A DNA stretch of 64,000 bases from the IMG/VR virus record IMGVR_UViG_3300046170_000302, one strand, 5' to 3'. Origin of the DNA: a virus (taxonomy: Duplodnaviria > Caudoviricetes). Both the position numbers and the translations under genes were made by a program. The notes beneath the pieces are model-generated. The model had not been told where the DNA came from, did no database searches, and saw nothing but the letters and a program-made list of their open reading frames with translations. This document shows, piece after piece, positions 41,902-52,166 of this stretch; within the stretch, counting starts at the first letter, position 1, and each line of letters starts with the position of its first letter.

Positions 41902-42100
41902 GGAAGCTGGTGGTGATATCGGTGAACCTGATTGTAGATTGGTTGAACCCTTTGTGGTGAATGATGATGGGACTTTGGCTCCGTGGTTAGTTTCTCTTAC
42001 CAATCAGAACTCATTCATGATTCATTCTGATAAGATCTTGACTATCGTGGAACCCAATGGTACACTAGTAGATAAGTACAGCGACCTGGTGAAGGAATGA
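41837..42100 (+). CDS. Conserved hypothetical protein preceding g43
   Basis: GEPDCRLVEPF..LAPWL..FMIHSDKILTIVEP. Confidence 0.7.
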   Translation: MNKDNLKLLVLPTNQILLTQIEEAGGDIGEPDCRLVEPFVVNDDGTLAPWLVSLTNQNSFMIHSDKILTIVEPNGTLVDKYSDLVKE

Positions 42101-43560
42101 ACTTTTACGCCAATGTGATTATGGTTGGAAATGATTTCCTCGTTCGTGGTTATGAAAATGGCAAAAGAGTTCAATACAGGGAGAAGTTTCAACCCACCTT
42201 GTTTGTCAAATCAAACAGGGAGAGTGAGTGGAAGACATTGGAAGGTGAGAACGTAGAACCCATTCAACCTGGGTATGTCCGTGATTGTCGTGAGTTCTAC
42301 AAGAAGTATGATGGTGTAGATGGTTTCAAGATCTATGGGAAATGATCGATACATCTATCAATATATGTCTGAGAAGTTTCCACAAGATGAAATCAAGTGG
42401 GACATGTCTAAGATTAAACTTGTTACTATTGATATTGAGGTGAAGTCAGAAGATGGATTCCCCTCACCAGACTCTTGTTCGGAGGAGATGCTAACCATCT
42501 CTATTCAGGATTACAACACTAAGCAGATTCTTACTTGGGGACGTAAACCTTATACTCCATCACAAAAGAATGTCACATACTTCCACCACGAAGAAGAAGT
42601 GGATATGTTGAGAGCATTCATTAACTGGTGGAATGAAGATCCCCCAGAGGTTATTACTGGATGGAACTGTAGGTTGTATGATATTCCATATCTGTGTGGT
42701 CGTGTGGATAGGATAATGGGAACCAAAGAGATGAAGAGATTGTCTCCTTGGAATATCATTCAGCATGATGAGGTATACATCAATGGGAGACCACACAATG
42801 TATACAACATCGCAGGTGTAACTACACTTGACTTTATGGATCTCTACAAGAAGTTCACCTATGTGAACCGAGAATCATATCGATTAGACTTTATTGCAGA
42901 GACAGAACTGGGACAGAAGAAGTTGGACCACTCAGAGTTCAACACCTTTAAGGATTTCTATAATGGTGACTGGAAGAAGTTTGTAGACTATAACATCGTT
43001 GACGTGGAGCTGGTTGATAGGATGGAGGATAAACTTCGTCTGATTGAACTGGTGATTACTATGGCATTTGATGCTAAAGTGAAACTTCGTTGATCCTATG
43101 TTCCAGGTTAGATTGTGGGATACAATCATCTATAACTATCTAAAGAAGAGGAATATTGTAGTTCCTCAAATGGATAGAACAGACAAAGATTCAAAGTTTG
43201 CAGGTGCGTATGTTAAGGAACCGGTTCCGGGAGTCTATGATTGGGTTGTCAGTTTTGACCTTAACTCTCTCTACCCTCATCTTATCATGCAGTACAACAT
43301 CAGCCCCGAAACTCTCTTGGATGAGAAACATCCAACAGCCACAGTTAATCGAATTCTTGATGAGACGGTGAACTTTGAGATGTATAAGGACAATGCAGTT
43401 TGTGCCAATGGTGCAATGTATCGTAAGGATGTCAAAGGTTTCCTACCTGAGTTGATGGAGAAGATGTATGCTGAACGTAAGGCATTCAAAGGGTAAGATG
43501 TTGAAGAGTAAACAGAAACTAGTTGACATTGAAGCCGAGATGAAGAAGAGGGGATTGTGA
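42097..43560 (+). CDS. g43: DNA polymerase gp43, N-terminal subunit (43A): exonuclease, motif A and first fingers helix; three +1 errors
   Basis: DIEV (ExoI), GWNCRLYD (ExoII), YNIVD (ExoIII), SFDLNSLYP (motif A); corrected 486 aa ending KQKLVDIEAEMKKRGL-stop. Confidence 0.92.
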
Positions 43561-43823
43561 TAGAATTGCCAGAGATTATCAGAAAGAATTCATTTGCTTG
43601 TTTTGGTAGTTTGAATGCTACTGAGAGAGCAGTTATCTTAATGGGTGATGATGAGTATCGTAAATCACTAGACCTTGAGAATGATGATGCTCTCTGTTGG
43701 AAACTTCCAAGTAAGGAATCATCAACATTTGTTGGTTGGAATCCTCAATGTATTCCAACAATTGATTACATAGTATGGAAACTAGAACGCCTTGAAAAAA
43801 TTACTACAGGAGAAATTCACTGA
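43557..43823 (+). CDS. Hypothetical protein inside the g43 split
   Basis: 88 aa; GTGA overlap with the 43A stop and TGATG overlap with purM. Confidence 0.65.
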   Translation: MIELPEIIRKNSFACFGSLNATERAVILMGDDEYRKSLDLENDDALCWKLPSKESSTFVGWNPQCIPTIDYIVWKLERLEKITTGEIH

Positions 43824-44745
43824 TGGACTATAAAACTTCCGGTGTCGATATTGAAAAGGGTAAAGCATTTGTAGAACATCTCAAAATTATGGCACCTAAA
43901 ATTGGTGGGTTTAATGGAATGTATCCCCTTCCAAAAGGATATGAAAGACCGGTTCTGGTATCTGGTGCTGATGGTGTCGGAACTAAGATGAATATCTGTA
44001 GAATTGCCTTTGACTACACTACAATTGGAATTGATTTAGTTGCAATGTGTGTCAACGATGTAATCTGTAGTGGTGCTAAACCATTATATTTTTTAGACTA
44101 TATCTCTACTAAAAATATAAACTCCAGTGTCAATGAGATTGTATCTGGAATTGTCAAAGGATGTGAGATTGCTGGAATGGACCTTCTGGGTGGAGAGACT
44201 GCAGAACATTTCAGAGCAATCTGACTATGATCTTGCTGGTTTCTGTACTGGTATTGTAGGAGAAATATGAGATTGTTAATGGTAGTAGCATCCGAGCTGG
44301 TGATGTAGTCATCGGTATTGAGAGTAGTGGTCTTCATAGTAATGGATACACTCTTATCAATGATATGTTGTGGAGGAATAAAATCCTCTATAAGGATATG
44401 CCAGAGTTGTTAACACCAACCACAATCTACTCTCCTGTAATCCAAAAACTATTGGATGAAGTTCCTATTCTAGGTATGGCACATATCACAGGTGGTGGTA
44501 TCCCAGAGAACCTTCCTAGGTGTCTCCCCAAAGACAAAGGACTGAGTGTGAATGTTGATTACAATTCTTGGGAAAGACCAGAACTCTTTGATAAGATACA
44601 GAAAGCTGGTGACATCACTGAAGAGGAGATGAGGAACGTATTCAATCTTGGTATCGGGTTCTGTTTGATTGTCCCACCTGATGTGGTAGAATACACTCAA
44701 GCACTTATAGGTATGAAGTCCTGGGTCATCGGAGTAGTGGAATGA
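43823..44745 (+). CDS. purM: Phosphoribosyl-aminoimidazole (AIR) synthetase; two +1 errors near 44220 and 44265
   Basis: YKTSGVDI, DGVGTK, DLVAMCVND, GGETAE, SSGLHSNGY, HITGGG, FNLGIG. Confidence 0.95.
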
Positions 44746-45025
44746 AGTTCAAAGCATTAGTATTCATTCGTCTGAGATCACAGGTTGATGACTCACCAGG
44801 TAATGCTGTGAGAGACGCCTGTAAACGATTATCTGAGTTGGATATCAAGAAACTTAGACTTGGGTAAGGTGGTTGATGTTTGGTTGGAAGCAGAGAGCTA
44901 GAGAGTATGCTGAGAAGGAACTTGAAATGCTGTCGGATAGATTTCCTTGCTAATAAAGGTTATGGAAGACTGGGATTATGAACTTGACTGAGATTGAAAA
45001 CTTTCCTAAAGGTATTGAGGAATAA
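44742..45025 (+). CDS. purS: FGAM synthase subunit PurS (five extra bases must be removed to give 92 aa)
   Basis: MKFKALVFIRLRSQVDDSPGNAV..LRLGKVVD..RFLANKVMEDW matches the PurS pattern; absent from the ORF track. Confidence 0.75.
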
Positions 45026-46187
45026 TGGGATATCTAATCGGTGGTGCTGGTGAAGGTGTAGAAGAGGAGATCGTACAATCTGGTAAAGACTATTCTAAAC
45101 TGTCTGATCGAGAACTCCTAAGTCTCAGGGATCAGACAGTAAAAGATGTTGCTAAGTTCAACAACTTTCAGATGGTGAGAAAGATTTGTTTGAACTCAGC
45201 TTATGGTGCGGTTGGTAACCAATACTTCAGATACTTCAAACTTGCAAATGCAGAAGCTATCACTCTGTCAGGTCAAACATCTATCAGGTGGATTGAGGAT
45301 AGGTTGAATAAGTATTTGAATGAACTCCTAAAGACTGATAATGATTATGTTATTGCCGTTGATACTGATTCTGTATACCTTAACCTTGGTCCTCTTGTTG
45401 ATAAGTTCCTAGCAAAACAGAAGGATGATAAGGAGAAGGTGGTGAACCTTTTGGATAAGGTTTGTCAAGACAAGTTAGAACCTTTTATCGACGACTGTTA
45501 TGTGAAACTGGCTGACTATGTGAATGCATACGATCAGAAGATGCAGATGAAGACGTGAGAATATTGCTGATCGTGGTATCTGGACTGCCTAAGAAACGAT
45601 ACATCCTCAATGTGTGGGATAGTGAGGGTGTTCGTTATGAAGAACCCAAACTCAAGATCATGGGTATTGAGGCTGTCAAATCATCTACACCTGCTCCCTG
45701 TAGGAAGATGATTAAGGATGGTCTTCGAGTGATGATGGAAGGAACTGAAGATGAGATGATTAAGTTCATCGATCAAGCTAGACTTGAGTTCAACAAACTA
45801 TCAGTAGCTGAGTTGTCATTTCCCCGTTCTATTTCTGATGTAAATAAACATAAGAGCCACACAACCATCTATGGAAAGGGTTGTCCTATCCATGTGAGAG
45901 GTTCACTACTCCATAACCACTACATCAAAGAGAGAGGTTTGGATAACAAGTATTCTCTTATCAATAATGGTGATAAGATTAAGTTTGTTTATCTTAAGAA
46001 AGCCAATCCTATTCGTGAGAATGTGATTTCATTCTTGAATGATTTTCCGTATGAACTCGGACTTGATAAGTATATTGATTATGAGTTACAATTCAACAAA
46101 GCCTTCCTTGAACCTGTAAAGGTCATTCTTGATTCCATTGGATGGAATGTTGAGAAAGTTGCAAACCTAGAGTTATTTTTTAGTTAA
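45025..46187 (+). CDS. g43: DNA polymerase gp43, C-terminal subunit (43B): second fingers helix, palm and thumb; two +1 errors near 45550 and 45587
   Basis: RKICLNSAYG (motif B), VDTDSVY (motif C), KKRY, KIMGIE, C-terminal LELFFS clamp-binding-like tail; corrected 386 aa. Confidence 0.93.
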
Positions 46188-47197
46188 TGGATTTCCTTAA
46201 AGAGATTGTAAAAGAGATTGGAGATGAGTACACCCAACTGGCAGCCGACATCGACGAAACCGAAACTTACGTGGACACGGGTTCGTACATCTTTAACGGA
46301 CTTTGTTCAGGTAGTATATTTGGTGGCGTATCTGGGAATAAGATTACTGCCATTGCTGGGGAGTCTTCTACTGGAAAGACTTTCTTTAGCCTGGCAGTCG
46401 TCAAGAATTTCCTTGATTCTAACCCTGGTGGTTATTGTCTATATTTTGACACTGAAGCCGCTGTTAACAAGTCTCTTCTCACAAGTAGGGGGATTGACCT
46501 AGACCGTTTCGTTGTAGTCAATGTAGTTACTGTCGAACAGTTTAGACAGAAGGCACTACAAGCTGTTGATATCTACCTCAAAACACCAGAGGAAGATAGG
46601 AAACCTTGTATGTTTGTATTAGACTCTCTGGGTATGTTATCTACAGAGAAAGAGATTCGTGATGCTCTTGATGACAAACAGGTTCGGGACATGACCAAAT
46701 CACAGTTGGTCAAAGGAGCCTTTAGAATGTTAACCCTGAAGTTGGGACAGGCTAAAATCCCAATGATTGTTACTAACCACACCTACGATGTTATCGGATC
46801 TTATGTCCCGACTAAGGAAATGGGAGGCGGCAGTGGCCTCAAGTATGCCGCCTCTACGATCATTTATCTCACAAAGAAAAAGGAAAAGGATGGAACGGCT
46901 GTTATCGGAAACCTTATCAAAGCTAAAACAGCAAAGTCAAGACTTAGTAAAGAAAATAAAGACGTAACAGTTCGTCTCTACTATGATGAGAGAGGTTTGG
47001 ACAAATACTATGGTCTTCTAGAGTTAGGAGAAGCTGGTGGTATGTGGAAGAATGTGGCTGGTCGTTATGAGATGGATGGTAAAAAAATATATGCAAAAGA
47101 GATTCTTAAGAATCCAGATAAGTATTTTACACAGGAAGTTTTAGAACAGTTAGATGAAATCGCGAAAGAACAATTCTCCTATGGTTCAAGTATTTGA
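46187..47197 (+). CDS. uvsX: RecA-like recombinase UvsX
   Basis: GESSTGKT, FDTEAA, LDSLG, VTNHTY, MGGGSGLKY. Confidence 0.95.
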   Translation: MDFLKEIVKEIGDEYTQLAADIDETETYVDTGSYIFNGLCSGSIFGGVSGNKITAIAGESSTGKTFFSLAVVKNFLDSNPGGYCLYFDTEAAVNKSLLTSRGIDLDRFVVVNVVTVEQFRQKALQAVDIYLKTPEEDRKPCMFVLDSLGMLSTEKEIRDALDDKQVRDMTKSQLVKGAFRMLTLKLGQAKIPMIVTNHTYDVIGSYVPTKEMGGGSGLKYAASTIIYLTKKKEKDGTAVIGNLIKAKTAKSRLSKENKDVTVRLYYDERGLDKYYGLLELGEAGGMWKNVAGRYEMDGKKIYAKEILKNPDKYFTQEVLEQLDEIAKEQFSYGSSI

Positions 47198-47699
47198 CCA
47201 TGTTCTCCCTGAGGACTTGTGTCACAATCTCATAGATCTATTTGAAGATTCTGAGAAGAACCACGAATACTTTAATGATGATTACAAACCCTGTTTTACA
47301 CAACTGAACCTCAATCAACACAACCCAGAACTGGTAAAGGTTCTGGTTGGATTTGTTCAGAAAGCATACGGAATGTATTCAGTTGAGGTTAGAAGAAAAC
47401 ATCTACCAAGATTGAAATCTCTTGAGCAGTTTAGACTCAAGAGATATCTTCCTGGTGGAGAAGAACGATTTGATGAACATGTGGATGTGGGTGACCACGA
47501 ATCTGCAAGGAGATGTCTTGCCTTCTTATTTTATCTAAACGGTAGTGACGGAGAAACATACTTTCCTGAACATGACGTGACAATCCACCCAAAGTGTGGT
47601 AAAGTATTAGTGTTCCCTCCAACATGGGAATACCCACACGCTGGGTTGCCACCAACAAATACAAAGTATATTTTGAGTACATACATTCATTATGAATAA
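47181..47699 (+). CDS. 2OG-Fe(II) oxygenase
   Basis: HVD..FLFYLN..GETYF..FPPTWEYPHAG..KYILSTY. Confidence 0.85.
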   Translation: MVQVFDHVLPEDLCHNLIDLFEDSEKNHEYFNDDYKPCFTQLNLNQHNPELVKVLVGFVQKAYGMYSVEVRRKHLPRLKSLEQFRLKRYLPGGEERFDEHVDVGDHESARRCLAFLFYLNGSDGETYFPEHDVTIHPKCGKVLVFPPTWEYPHAGLPPTNTKYILSTYIHYE

Positions 47700-49065
47700 G
47701 GTTGAGTTTCTAATCCTAAGAAGTCTTCTTCACAATGAAGAATATTTGCGTAAGGCTTTACCATTCCTCAAAGATGAATACTTTGAGGACGAGGATCAGA
47801 AAGTTGTATACCAAGAGATTCTCAGTTTTACAACTGAGTATAATGAACTTCCTACAAAAGAGGTTCTTTCTATTGAGGTTGAGAAACGAAAGGATATCAA
47901 TGAGGATCAGTTCAAGAAAATTGCTCATCTGATTTCACATCTAGATGATGAACCAGCAGAGTTTGATTGGTTGTTAAACACTACTGAAAAGTGGTGTCGT
48001 GAACGTGCTATCTACTTGGCACTGGTTGAGTCTATTGGTATCGCAGATGGTCAGAGTAAAGATAAGACTCCAGATGCAATTCCTTCTATCTTATCTGATG
48101 CTCTAGCTGTTAGTTTTGATAATCATGTTGGACACGATTACCTAGAAGATTATCTAGAACGATATGAAGCCTATAACAGAAAGGAGAATAGGATACCATT
48201 TGATCTAGAATACTTTAACAAGATTACAAAGGGTGGTCTTCCTAACAAGACACTGAATATTGCTCTGGCTGGCACAGGTGTTGGTAAGTCTTTGTTTATG
48301 TGTCATATGGCTGCCTCTGTTCTTCTTCAGAACAAGAATGTTTTATACATTACTATGGAGATGGCTGAAGAGAAGATCGCAGAACGTATTGACGCTAACC
48401 TTTTGAATGTGAATATCCAAGAGGTGGCAGAACTTCCTAAACAGATGTTTGAAACCAAGGTAAATAACCTAGCAAAGAAGACTCAGGGAACCCTGATCAT
48501 CAAAGAATATCCCACAGCATCGGCACACAGTGGACACTTTACATCCCTTCTTAATGAGCTTGCACTTAAGAAGTCATTTAGACCTGATATTATTTTCATT
48601 GATTACCTTAATATTTGTGCTTCCAGCAGGTATCGCGGAGGCAGCAATGTCAATTCATATACGGTTATTAAGTCTATTGCTGAAGAGCTTAGAGGACTCG
48701 CTGTCGAAGCGAACGTACCTATCGTATCTGCCACCCAGACCACTCGTTCTGGTTATGGTAGCAGTGACGTTGAGCTTACTGATACTAGTGAGTCCTTTGG
48801 TCTCCCTGCTACTGCTGATCTTATGTTTGCCCTTATTTCAACTGAAGAACTCGAATCCTTGGGACAGATACTGGTGAAGCAGTTGAAGAACAGATACAAT
48901 GACGCTAATGTGTATAAGAGATTTGTGATTGGTATTGACAGAGCCAAGATGAGGTTGTATGATTGTGAGCAGTCAGCTCAGGACGATCTCCTTGAAAGTA
49001 AAACCGAAGAGGAGTATAATTATGAGGACAAACCTAAGAAATCATTTGAGGGATTTAAGTTTTGA
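47692..49065 (+). CDS. g41: Replicative helicase gp41
   Basis: AGTGVGKS, ITMEM, FIDYL, SATQTTR, SESFGLPATAD, QLKNRY. Confidence 0.96.
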   Translation: MNKVEFLILRSLLHNEEYLRKALPFLKDEYFEDEDQKVVYQEILSFTTEYNELPTKEVLSIEVEKRKDINEDQFKKIAHLISHLDDEPAEFDWLLNTTEKWCRERAIYLALVESIGIADGQSKDKTPDAIPSILSDALAVSFDNHVGHDYLEDYLERYEAYNRKENRIPFDLEYFNKITKGGLPNKTLNIALAGTGVGKSLFMCHMAASVLLQNKNVLYITMEMAEEKIAERIDANLLNVNIQEVAELPKQMFETKVNNLAKKTQGTLIIKEYPTASAHSGHFTSLLNELALKKSFRPDIIFIDYLNICASSRYRGGSNVNSYTVIKSIAEELRGLAVEANVPIVSATQTTRSGYGSSDVELTDTSESFGLPATADLMFALISTEELESLGQILVKQLKNRYNDANVYKRFVIGIDRAKMRLYDCEQSAQDDLLESKTEEEYNYEDKPKKSFEGFKF

Positions 49066-49418
49066 ACGGTTACTATTCAGTGTTTAATCCCAGAGGTGAA
49101 AAGATTGCCGATTGTGGTAGTCAAAGAGATGCCGTTAATCTTATTGGTATGAGGAATGCACGATGGGACGGACATTACTATATGTTCAATCCCCTCCCTG
49201 GTGATATAATTGATGTTAGTTCTGACAAACAACTTCCTACCCGAGACATCGTAGTTAATATGGATGGTGGAGTAGGTGGTTCTTGGAAAGAAGTTTCCGA
49301 GGAAGAATATGTTCACATCAATGACGATCCTCATGATGGATGGTGGTTGAGACCCGAACATCAAGACTGGAATCTCCCTGAACTCCCTGAAAATCAACAA
49401 CAACCTTTAGACTTATGA
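49062..49418 (+). CDS. Hypothetical protein
   Basis: 118 aa coupled ORF. Confidence 0.6.
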   Translation: MNGYYSVFNPRGEKIADCGSQRDAVNLIGMRNARWDGHYYMFNPLPGDIIDVSSDKQLPTRDIVVNMDGGVGGSWKEVSEEEYVHINDDPHDGWWLRPEHQDWNLPELPENQQQPLDL

Positions 49419-49819
49419 CTGTAGACACACAACGATACCTTGAATTTGTAGATGGCGTTACCTCGGAACAAAGTAAAGATTACGAAGCTTTTGTATATCG
49501 TATCCAAGAACTTGAAGGACAGGAATTTCCTACCGAGCGATTGCTTACTGCTGCTGTAGGTATGTCAGCAGAGGCAGGTGAGTTTACTGAGATTGTCAAG
49601 AAGATTGTATTCCAAGGTAAACCTGTCAATGAAGAGAACTTGTTTCATATGAAACGAGAACTTGGTGATATTATGTGGTATGTGGCTCAAGCCTGTATGG
49701 GGTTAAATACCTCGATCGATGAGATCATTGAGATGAATGTAGAGAAACTTGAGAAACGATACCCTGGTGGATCGTTTGATGTTCACTACTCTGAAAACCG
49801 TAAACAAGGAGACCTCTGA
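49415..49819 (+). CDS. mazG: MazG-like nucleotide pyrophosphohydrolase
   Basis: EAGEFTEIVKK..ELGDIMWY..NVEKLEKRYP. Confidence 0.92.
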   Translation: MTVDTQRYLEFVDGVTSEQSKDYEAFVYRIQELEGQEFPTERLLTAAVGMSAEAGEFTEIVKKIVFQGKPVNEENLFHMKRELGDIMWYVAQACMGLNTSIDEIIEMNVEKLEKRYPGGSFDVHYSENRKQGDL

Positions 49820-49938
49820 TGGATGGTGCAGTTCATGCATGGAATACCATGAGTTATGGAGAAGGATTTCTCTTCTCCGTTTGGTTACTGGGAATGTATT
49901 TTATTAAACTAAAAATGGATCAGAGGTTTGGGCGATGA
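49819..49938 (+). CDS. 39-aa putative membrane peptide
   Basis: MDGAVHAWNTMSYGEGFLFSVWLLGMYFIKLKMDQRFGR; overlapping start/stop at both ends. Confidence 0.55.
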   Translation: MDGAVHAWNTMSYGEGFLFSVWLLGMYFIKLKMDQRFGR

Positions 49939-50096
49939 ATCTTGAAATGAGTAGACGTGATGCAATTGTTCTACGTCATCATCTTTTCTTGTATACAAAA
50001 GACCATCCTGGTTTCTTCTCTGATGAAGGTATTCTAAAGATCAGAGAGATTTCACAACAACTAGATAAACAAATTGGTAAGGAGGAAAACCTATGA
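49935..50096 (+). CDS. 53-aa hypothetical protein
   Basis: ATGA overlaps at both ends; MNLEMSRRDAIVLRHHLFLY.. Confidence 0.55.
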   Translation: MNLEMSRRDAIVLRHHLFLYTKDHPGFFSDEGILKIREISQQLDKQIGKEENL

Positions 50097-50311
50097 TTAA
50101 AATTGAAATGGATGTTAGAGCTGCAGCCGCAGTGAGAGCATCACTTTTTCGTGATACAAAAGATTATACATATGATCCAACCTGTTGTCCTCAACGAGTT
50201 GTTGATCTTCGTAACGTAATTTTAGATTTGGACACACAAATCGAAACAGAGATCCAAAAAGTAATTGAAGCACAAACTGAGGAGGAATCAAATGAAACTA
50301 CTGACGCTTGA
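50093..50311 (+). CDS. Hypothetical protein
   Basis: 72 aa with AAGGAG RBS. Confidence 0.6.
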   Translation: MIKIEMDVRAAAAVRASLFRDTKDYTYDPTCCPQRVVDLRNVILDLDTQIETEIQKVIEAQTEEESNETTDA

Positions 50312-50513
50312 AGATTATCAAAAGGCTGGAGAAGAGTTTTGGCCTAAGTATTGGTATGTCTCTAAAGAACTTGGAGAGGGAGCTAAGGTTGAGGACATTC
50401 TAAAAGTTATGGAATCTCTTGGTGCTGTTGCTTTAAAAATTAAAGTAGAAGACAAACTCTCTGGACCATTTGGATTTAACAAAAAGAAAGATGACGAATC
50501 AACGGAAGAATGA
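50292..50513 (+). CDS. Hypothetical protein
   Basis: GGAGG RBS; MKLLTLEDYQKAGEEFWPKY.. Confidence 0.65.
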   Translation: MKLLTLEDYQKAGEEFWPKYWYVSKELGEGAKVEDILKVMESLGAVALKIKVEDKLSGPFGFNKKKDDESTEE

Positions 50514-50721
50514 AACCCTGGTTGATGAAGCGTTCTATGTCTGGGAAACTAGATATGGACTGTGGTCAACAGAAACAAAAGAAGGTCGTGGTATGATGAC
50601 TGGAGCTACTAGAGATGCTGTTGTTGTAATGACACGGTGGCATCTCAAGTGTGAACAAGATGGAACTCTTGAACAATACACAAGAGTTGTAGGTAGTTCT
50701 GTGGTTGATGGGAAGTTGTAA
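50491..50721 (+). CDS. Hypothetical protein
   Basis: ..FYVWETRYGLWST..TRWHLKCEQDG..SVVDGKL. Confidence 0.6.
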   Translation: MTNQRKNETLVDEAFYVWETRYGLWSTETKEGRGMMTGATRDAVVVMTRWHLKCEQDGTLEQYTRVVGSSVVDGKL

Positions 50722-50921
50722 TGGACCAAATATTCAGACTGTTGTCTATGTTTGTTATGTTGTTCAATATCTGTAATCAGAGTGACTTCAATAGACAACA
50801 GTGTATGAAAGACTGGGATGTGTGGTTGTATCCTGAACTTATAAGTGGTTGGAATCTATACACAGAAAAAGAAAAACCCTATCAAAGAGAGAAGGAAATA
50901 TTAGAAGACATAAATAACTAA
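50721..50921 (+). CDS. Hypothetical protein with hydrophobic N-terminus
   Basis: 66 aa, TAATG-coupled. Confidence 0.55.
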   Translation: MDQIFRLLSMFVMLFNICNQSDFNRQQCMKDWDVWLYPELISGWNLYTEKEKPYQREKEILEDINN

Positions 50922-50943
50922 TAATAGATTTGTTGCTAGAACC

Positions 50944-52163
50944 ATGCAAGATATGAGAGATCTGTATAAGGCATATTCTGCCGTACATGATACTACTATT
51001 AAGGAAGAACTAGATAACTCGAAAGATCAGATTTCTGTAATGAACTTGGGTCAGCTGACCGAAGATGATTTGCTTGAAGTTTGTGAGGAGATTGTAGAAG
51101 GTTTGTTCCAGTATGGTTGTGTTCTAAACACTGTACATGAAGTTGTTGGTTCTGTTATGGAATCGACTGTAGAAGGTGAACTTCCTGCACATAGACAAGA
51201 GAAGATTGTTCGTATCTCTGAAGCATTTGATAAGACATTTGAAAAGGTAGCTAGTAGAGCTGAGAGAAACTGTGAAGAAGAGTTCCTCAAGTATCGCACT
51301 AATAAGCCTCTGAATGAGAAGTGGCAAAATAAGTTGAATAATGAAGTTGGTAATGAGAAACTTCATGCAGCTTTGATTCACGAAGATAGAGAAACCATCA
51401 AGGGTGGTTTGATTGAGATGATCTCCAAGGTCATTGAAGAAAAGAAAGATTCTTCTTATCTTGAGACAGATATGAAGAAGAGAGAGAAGAATAACGAGAA
51501 GGCTCGTAAGGACATGGAGAAGATGGGTTCTATGAAGAATCCAGCCTTTGAAGAAGTATCAACTCTGAGAAAGGGTTGGGGTGATGCATATGCTGCCATC
51601 TACGAGAAGAAACTTGATCCCGTAGGTCAGGAAGATGGTGATATCGATAACGATGGTGATAAGGATTCTTCTGATAAGTATCTTGCCAAGAGACGTAAGG
51701 CTATTGCTAAGTCCATGAAGGAAGGTAAGATGTCTGATGAAGACATCAAGAAGCGTGTTGGTTACACTTCTGATGAAACTCGCCAGAAGAGACTTGATAA
51801 AATCAAAGTCAAGTTTATGAAGAAAGAAGAGACTGAAGTACAAGAAGGTATCCGTGATCTTGATCAAGAAAAGGGAACCAAGGAAAGAAAAGCAAGTCTC
51901 GAAAAGAAACGTGGTATGAAACTTGATGATCATCCCCAGTATAAGAAAGAAAAAGTCGAAGGTTATATGCCTATGACACCTGAGAGAACTGCTCGTGTTG
52001 ACAAATCAAAAGCAAAGGCAGGTAAAAAGTCTGGTAAGATTGTCAAGGCACTGAACAAAGATGCTGAGATAACAACAGAAACGACGTGAAGAATGAGGGA
52101 GTGACTTTCTCAGAAACTGAACTGAAGAAGTTTGAAGAGATTGCAAAATCCTGGGAAGATTGA
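50944..52163 (+). CDS. Modular highly charged late protein, putative internal-head polyprotein (frameshift near 52070)
   Basis: ATAAATA at 50910; modules such as KKLDPVGQEDGDIDNDGDKDSSDKYL separated by x-x-E linkers. Confidence 0.65.
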
Positions 52164-52166
52164 TCG

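Noticed and set aside
43400-45200. Split intein or group I intron as the explanation for the g43 split
   Set aside because: There is no Cys/Ser-initiated N-intein after the 43A fingers helix, no His-Asn/Cys junction in the 43B leader, and the interval is filled by coupled ORFs with no room for a ribozyme core or homing nuclease
47181-49819. 2OG-Fe(II) oxygenase and mazG as novel auxiliary genes
   Set aside because: Both are common, well-described cyanomyovirus genes at their usual positions
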